From Elusimicrobiota bacterium (GTDB taxonomy: Bacteria > Elusimicrobiota > Elusimicrobia > UBA1565 > UBA9628): a DNA stretch of 50,970 bases. The DNA lies in the NCBI GenBank assembly GCA_027319565.1, contig DAHVNA010000012.1, positions 1 through 50,970 on the forward strand, written 5' to 3'. The translations under genes and the position numbers were made by a program. The number at the start of each line of letters is the position of its first letter. Positions within the stretch are counted from its first letter, which is position 1. Below the pieces are notes generated by a model. That model was not told the DNA's origin, searched no databases, and saw nothing but the letters and a program-made list of their open reading frames with translations. Shown piece by piece: positions 46,308 through 50,970 of this stretch.

Positions 46308-47135
46308 ATGAATACGCGAATTTATCTTGAGATGATCGAGGAATCAACCCAATTTATCCGCAAGCAAACAGATATCAAACCCCGCGCCGGAGTGATTTTA
46401 GGCAGCGGGCTTTCCAAAGCGACTCCCGAGTTGGAAAACCGCCGGGAAATCCCCTATCAAGACATTCCCGGTTTTCCCAAGACCAATGTCGCCGGACATT
46501 TAGGTCGGCTTGTCTTCGGCCATTACCAAGGCTTCCCGGTCGCCATCATGCAGGGGCGCCTTCATTATTATGAAGGCCACGATTTATCCGAAGTCACGTT
46601 TCCGCTGCGCGTCCTTAAGAATTTAGGCATTCAATCTCTGATCATCACCGCTGCCGTGGGATCTCTCGATAAGAAAATCAAGCCGGGAAGTGTCGTGGTC
46701 ATTAAAGATCATATTAATCTCATGGGGCAAAATCCTCTCCGCGGGCTCATCAGCGCGGAATTTGGAGCGATGTTTCCCGATCTCAGCCATGCCTACGATC
46801 CCCGGATGGTCCAAACGGCTTTGTCGATCTGCCGAAAGCTTAAAATCCGCGCTCAAGCGGGAGTCTATGTCGCCGTCTCCGGCCCTACTTACGAAACCCC
46901 CGCTGAAATCCGCGCCTTCCGGAAACTGGGAGGAGACGTCGTTGGAATGTCAGTAGTCCCGGAAATCATCGCGGCGGTCCAGATGGGGATTAAGACTTCG
47001 GCCTTGACCTGGGTTTCCAATATGGGAAGCGGAATTCAAGGCGCGCTTCTCAGCCACGATGAAGTTTTGTCTTTAGGAGAAAAAGTTTCAAGCTCCATCG
47101 GAAAAGTTCTAGGAGAATTGATTGCGCTTCATTGA
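46308..47135 (+). CDS. punA: Purine-nucleoside phosphorylase (trimeric PNP I family)
   Basis: VILGSGL, GHLGRL, QGRLHYYEG, GPTYETPAE, VGMSVVPE. Confidence 0.93.
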   Translation: MNTRIYLEMIEESTQFIRKQTDIKPRAGVILGSGLSKATPELENRREIPYQDIPGFPKTNVAGHLGRLVFGHYQGFPVAIMQGRLHYYEGHDLSEVTFPLRVLKNLGIQSLIITAAVGSLDKKIKPGSVVVIKDHINLMGQNPLRGLISAEFGAMFPDLSHAYDPRMVQTALSICRKLKIRAQAGVYVAVSGPTYETPAEIRAFRKLGGDVVGMSVVPEIIAAVQMGIKTSALTWVSNMGSGIQGALLSHDEVLSLGEKVSSSIGKVLGELIALH

Positions 47136-48432
47136 GCTCATCGAGAAAAAAAAATTAGGGCTCTCCCATTCTCCCGAGGAATTACGTTTTATCGCCGAAT
47201 CCGCCGCCCAAGACTCCGTTCCCGATTATCAGCTCTCCGCCTGGCTCATGGCCGCTCTCTGGCGCAAAATGGATAAAGATGAAATCGCGGAATGGACAAA
47301 AGCGATGGCTCAGTCCGGAGAAATTCTCAATTTAAAAAGCCTTAAAAGCCCCAAAATCGACAAACATTCAACCGGCGGAGTGGGAGACGGGGTTTCCCTG
47401 GTTCTCGCCCCGCTTTTAGCGGAAGCGGGACTAATCATCCCGATGATGTCGGGAAGAGGCCTTGGGCACACCGGCGGAACCTTGGATAAACTGGAATCTA
47501 TCCCAGGCTTTCGCGTCAGGTTTTCAAAATCCGAAATCGAATCTCGCCTCAAAAAAATCGGGGTCTGCCTTTTCGGCCAAAACCAAAATATCGCTCCCGC
47601 CGATAGAAAGCTCTATCAACTGCGGGACGCCACATCAACAGTTGATTCCGTGCCGTTAATCGTCTCAAGCATTCTTTCAAAGAAAATGGCGGAGGATTTA
47701 GACGGATTGATTTTGGACATCAAGGTCGGCTCCGGCGCCATTTTTAAGACGGCCCAAGAAGCCGAGAGTTTGGCCGAAGCCCTCGTTCAAACCAGCCGAA
47801 AACTAAAACTTAAAGCCGTCGCGGTTTTAACCCGGATGGATGAGCCCTTGGGGCGCGCGGTCGGAAACGCGCTTGAGATTAAGCAAGCCGTCGAAATTCT
47901 CAACGGCGATTTTTCCGCCCGCGATTTTGTCGAGTGCACCCTCTCTTTGGGAGCTTGGGCGCTTAAAATCGCCCGATTGACAAAGACCCTCGATGAAGGC
48001 CGAGAGAAGCTGGAAAAACTTCTTAAAAACGGACAGGCCCTTGAGCGCATGAGACAAATCATCATTTCTCAAGGCGGAGACGCCCGGGTTTTAAACGACC
48101 CTTCCCTTCTTCCAAAAGCCAAAAAAATGATTCTCTTTAAAGCCTCCCAATCCGGATTTATCTCGCGCATCGACGCCCGGAAAACGGGAGAGGCGGCGGT
48201 TTTATTGGGGGCCGGGCGAAACCGGGCGGAAGACAAGATAGATTACGGCGCGGGAATTTATTTTTTCAAAAAATCCGGAGACAAAGTTAAGCCCCAAGAC
48301 CCCATCGCCGCTTTCTACGCTCGGGATGAGAAAAAAATAAAAGAGGCTCTCTCTCGCTTTAAAGAAGGCTTTTTACTATCGACTCATCCAACGAAAGAAA
48401 AACCCGTCGTCATTAAAACGCTAATGGAATGA
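47122..48432 (+). CDS. pdp: Pyrimidine-nucleoside/thymidine phosphorylase
   Basis: DYQLSAWLMA, DKHSTGGVGD, SGRGLGHTGGTLDKLESIPGF, LGAGR. Confidence 0.96.
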   Translation: MRFIELIEKKKLGLSHSPEELRFIAESAAQDSVPDYQLSAWLMAALWRKMDKDEIAEWTKAMAQSGEILNLKSLKSPKIDKHSTGGVGDGVSLVLAPLLAEAGLIIPMMSGRGLGHTGGTLDKLESIPGFRVRFSKSEIESRLKKIGVCLFGQNQNIAPADRKLYQLRDATSTVDSVPLIVSSILSKKMAEDLDGLILDIKVGSGAIFKTAQEAESLAEALVQTSRKLKLKAVAVLTRMDEPLGRAVGNALEIKQAVEILNGDFSARDFVECTLSLGAWALKIARLTKTLDEGREKLEKLLKNGQALERMRQIIISQGGDARVLNDPSLLPKAKKMILFKASQSGFISRIDARKTGEAAVLLGAGRNRAEDKIDYGAGIYFFKKSGDKVKPQDPIAAFYARDEKKIKEALSRFKEGFLLSTHPTKEKPVVIKTLME

Positions 48433-48442
48433 TTCAAAAATA

Positions 48443-48609
48443 CCTTTACAATTCGTCACCCTTCAACGAATATGGATGTGACGCTTCCTTCGGTCGTCAC
48501 CCCGACGAAAGTCGGGGTCCAGGTTTTTCTCGAAAGTTCTGGATTCCGGCTTTCGCCGGAATGACAAGGCAGCCGGAATGACGAAAATGTCAAAAATCAA
48601 AGAAACGCT
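48443..48609. repeat. Composite CGTC-type repeat (copy 3, core 48495-48566)
   Basis: CGTCACCCCGACGAAAGTCGGGGTCCAG...CTGGATTCCGGCTTTCGCCGGAATGAC plus extra partial arms. Flanks shared with the 30510-30609 copy. Confidence 0.88.
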
Positions 48610-48623
48610 AGGAGATTAATCCC

Positions 48624-49250
48624 ATGCCCGCGAAAGTCAACGTCTGTTCTCACCCGCTGGTCCAAGACAAGCTCTCGGCCCTGAGAGATAAACGAACGCG
48701 CCCCGAGGATTTCCGCCGCATATTAGCCGAGGCCTCGGCCTTGATGGCCTATGATATTTTCAAGGGGCTCCACACGCGCCGCTCTCTCGTTCAAACCCCG
48801 CTCAAAAGCGCTCCGGCGGAATATATAGACCAGGAAATCGCTCTCATCGCCATTTTGAGAGCCGGACTCGGAATGGTTGACGGGGTCAGCCAAATCGCGC
48901 CCAACGCCCACATCGGACATATCGGACTCTACCGCAACGAAGAATCATTAAACCCGGTCCGCTATTACGTGAGGCTCCCTCTTCAAATAGCGGATTCCTT
49001 CGTCGTCTTGTGCGACCCGATGCTCGCCACCGGGGGTTCTGCGTCGGAGGCCATTCAAATTCTTAAAACCGACGGGGCAAGACAAATTTCCCTTTTGACT
49101 CTTCTTTCCTGCAAGGCGGGAATTAAGCGCGTTCAGGAAGCCCATCCCGATGTTCCCATCTACACCGCCGTCATCGATCCGATCTTAAATAAATCCGGAT
49201 ATATCGTCCCGGGACTGGGAGACGCCGGCGACAGGATTTTCGGAACCTAA
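48624..49250 (+). CDS. upp: Uracil phosphoribosyltransferase
   Basis: HPLVQDKL, ILRAGLGM, DPMLATGGS, YIVPGLGDAGDRIFGT. SD AGGAG. Confidence 0.98.
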   Translation: MPAKVNVCSHPLVQDKLSALRDKRTRPEDFRRILAEASALMAYDIFKGLHTRRSLVQTPLKSAPAEYIDQEIALIAILRAGLGMVDGVSQIAPNAHIGHIGLYRNEESLNPVRYYVRLPLQIADSFVVLCDPMLATGGSASEAIQILKTDGARQISLLTLLSCKAGIKRVQEAHPDVPIYTAVIDPILNKSGYIVPGLGDAGDRIFGT

Positions 49251-49265
49251 GGGTTAGATTGCCCC

Positions 49266-49976
49266 TTAACTGGAAGAAGAGGCGAGGCGTTTTAACTCTT
49301 CTTCTTTGAGTATCTTGATGCTTTTTTCCTCGCGCTTAATCAAGCCTTTAAGCTCAAGCTCGTGAAGCGTGCGAACCGAGGTTTCTAAAGTGAGTCCCGC
49401 CATCTCAGCCAAATCTTTTCTCTTGATGTTGATGAAAAGGGGATAGGATTTCCCTTGCGGACGCGCGGTCCGAATCAAGGTGTCGGCAATGCGGGATTTG
49501 GCGGATTTAAAAGCGATGTCGCGAGCTTTGTTTTCTCCCCGGCGCACGTCCCGGGACAACTCCCGCAAAAGAGCCCGCGTGGCATCGGGAAACCGCGCCA
49601 AGAAATCAAAGAAATTTTTTGATTCGATCATGGAAATGACGCTCGGCTCCAAGGTCTCGGCGGTTCCGGTGTAAGGGCCCTCATCGGCCAAAAGGGTGAT
49701 ATGCCCCAAGAGATCTCCCGCAAGCTCGATCCGCGCGATTAACTGCTGCCCGGTTCTGGTCGATTTATAAACCTTCGCGCTTCCCTTACAAATGACATAG
49801 AGACCCGGAGCCGGAGTTCCCTCATGGAAAACTACTTCCCCGGATTTAAAACGAGACGCGACCCGCATCTCCCGCCAAGCCTTTTTGGACTCGGAATCGC
49901 CCAAGAAATTATAAAAGCAGGTTTTCTTGTGCGGACACCAGTCGCAATTGGGCGCTTCGCTCTTTAAAAAAGCCAT
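49266..49976 (-). CDS. Crp/Fnr family transcriptional regulator with N-terminal Cys cluster
   Basis: CDWCPHKKTC, cNMP-binding fold, HTH RKDLAEMAGLTLETSVRTL. Confidence 0.92.
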   Translation of the reverse strand: MAFLKSEAPNCDWCPHKKTCFYNFLGDSESKKAWREMRVASRFKSGEVVFHEGTPAPGLYVICKGSAKVYKSTRTGQQLIARIELAGDLLGHITLLADEGPYTGTAETLEPSVISMIESKNFFDFLARFPDATRALLRELSRDVRRGENKARDIAFKSAKSRIADTLIRTARPQGKSYPLFINIKRKDLAEMAGLTLETSVRTLHELELKGLIKREEKSIKILKEEELKRLASSSS

Positions 49977-49998
49977 CCTAACTTGAATATACTATTTT

Positions 49999-50027
49999 TT
50001 GCCCCCCTCCCGGCGAAATAGTATAAT
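49999..50027 (+). promoter_or_regulatory. Sigma70-type promoter for tRNA-His
   Basis: TTGCCC (49999-50004), 17 nt, TATAAT (50022-50027). Confidence 0.7.
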
Positions 50028-50045
50028 CGAGAGCGTCGAACTTAC

Positions 50046-50123
50046 GGTGGCTGTAGCTCAGCTGGTTAGAGCGCCTGGCTGTGAACCAGGAGGTCGGGGG
50101 TTCAAGTCCCCTCAGCCACCCCA
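50046..50123 (+). tRNA. tRNA-His(GTG)
   Basis: Encoded G-1, stem GTGGCTG/CAGCCAC, anticodon loop CT-GTG-AA, C73, encoded CCA. Confidence 0.97.
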
Positions 50124-50129
50124 GTTTGA

Positions 50130-50156
50130 CTAAAAAAGGAACTGCCCCTTTTTTAG
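50130..50156. terminator. Candidate bidirectional terminator
   Basis: Perfect inverted repeat CTAAAAAAGG-7nt-CCTTTTTTAG between the convergent tRNA-His and the last CDS. GC stem is weak. Confidence 0.45.
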
Positions 50157-50970
50157 CGGCGCCATGCGGCATCAAGAACGGATGAAACCGCATCAAGGTT
50201 TGTTTCCGCCGTGTCGGCCCGCTTTTTTAGATCCACGCAGCCAAAAAGTCTCGGGTACGACGGCGCTTCCAAGCCGTGGGCGAGAATGTAATCTTGATCC
50301 TCGGGATTAATAAAAGAAATAATTTTCCTCGGCGCGTAGAGGCAAGCCAACGCCTCAAGTATTTTTTGAGAATCCGCTTGATGAGCAGAACCGACAATCT
50401 CAAGCTCAATTCGACCCTCAAGGCGCATATCCAATATTTTTGCGAGATAAACTGCGGCATCTTGAGCATCAGCTTGATCTAAAAAGCGGTGGAGAGCCAA
50501 ATCAATCCATTTAAAATAAGTATTTTGCCCTTTTAGATAGCCCAATCTCCAAAGCGCCTCTAAGGCCACCGAATTATCTAAAATCGCTTGGGGGGAAACG
50601 CCGGTTTGAGAAGATTCCATGCCCGGTCGAGATAAAAAAGCTCCCTTGTCTCTATCCCACAATTCCTGAAAAAGGTATTTGGCTAAAGTATCGGCGAAAT
50701 CGCGATAAGACTTATTGCCGCTTTGAAGATAGGCCTCGGTCAAGGCCAGGGCGGCCCAAGAAGAATCCGCCAAACGCCCGTATTCCAAACTCGAAGAGCC
50801 GGGCGGAAACTGGCTAATGAGGCCCAGCAAAGGATCGTAGAGTTTCTCTTGAATGAATTTGAGCGCGCGCTCGGCTTTTTTTTGAATTTCCTGATTCTTG
50901 AGATGGGGCCAGGCCGATAAAAAAGCCCACGCCCCAACGGCATTATCCAGAGCTGTCCCCGCTCCTTTTT
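50153..50970 (-). CDS. C-terminal part of a YyaL/DUF255 (SSP411-like, six-hairpin fold) protein, 5'-truncated by window edge
   Basis: Frame is open to the window end. YGRLADSSWAALALTEAY, LWDRDKGAF, DNSVALEALWRL, EIVG, YAPRKII. Confidence 0.7.
   Translation of the reverse strand, partial: KGAGTALDNAVGAWAFLSAWPHLKNQEIQKKAERALKFIQEKLYDPLLGLISQFPPGSSSLEYGRLADSSWAALALTEAYLQSGNKSYRDFADTLAKYLFQELWDRDKGAFLSRPGMESSQTGVSPQAILDNSVALEALWRLGYLKGQNTYFKWIDLALHRFLDQADAQDAAVYLAKILDMRLEGRIELEIVGSAHQADSQKILEALACLYAPRKIISFINPEDQDYILAHGLEAPSYPRLFGCVDLKKRADTAETNLDAVSSVLDAAWRR

Noticed and set aside
27594..48609. CGTC palindromes as CRISPR repeats
   Set aside because: Dispersed, non-identical, with no regular spacers and no cas genes.

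Overview
A gene-dense bacterial chromosome segment with no phage, CRISPR array, transposase or integrase. Gene content and order (fmt-PASTA-rpe-rpsP-khpA-trmD-rplS-rnhB-yraN, a GYF_2 protein, many prepilin-like and TTYYP-type surface proteins) suggest Elusimicrobiota, which is inference only. Housekeeping content: tRNA-Leu/alaS, a translation cluster, a dapB-folK-panB-transketolase block, a complete heme-copper cytochrome c oxidase operon with heme A synthesis, nucleoside salvage (PNP, pdp, upp), an FNR-like regulator and four tRNAs. Main observations: (1) a 20-bp pseudo-palindromic box, CCTAGGmCTTTkGrCCCAkG, sits exactly 20 nt upstream of a -10 hexamer in front of three unrelated genes, all encoding exported proteins (lytic transglycosylase, signal-peptide-bearing LOG enzyme, outer-membrane barrel), which looks like an undescribed activator regulon. 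(2) Two paralogous three-gene minor-pilin/adhesin operons lie tail-to-tail with related promoters, each led by an ~850-880 aa pilin-adhesin fusion. (3) A CGTC-type palindromic repeat reads through in frame in the cleavable leader of one prepilin. (4) A decayed duplicate of the LOG 3' end brackets the barrel gene. (5) Several promoters have leaderless geometry. Several start codons were re-called from the ORF track.
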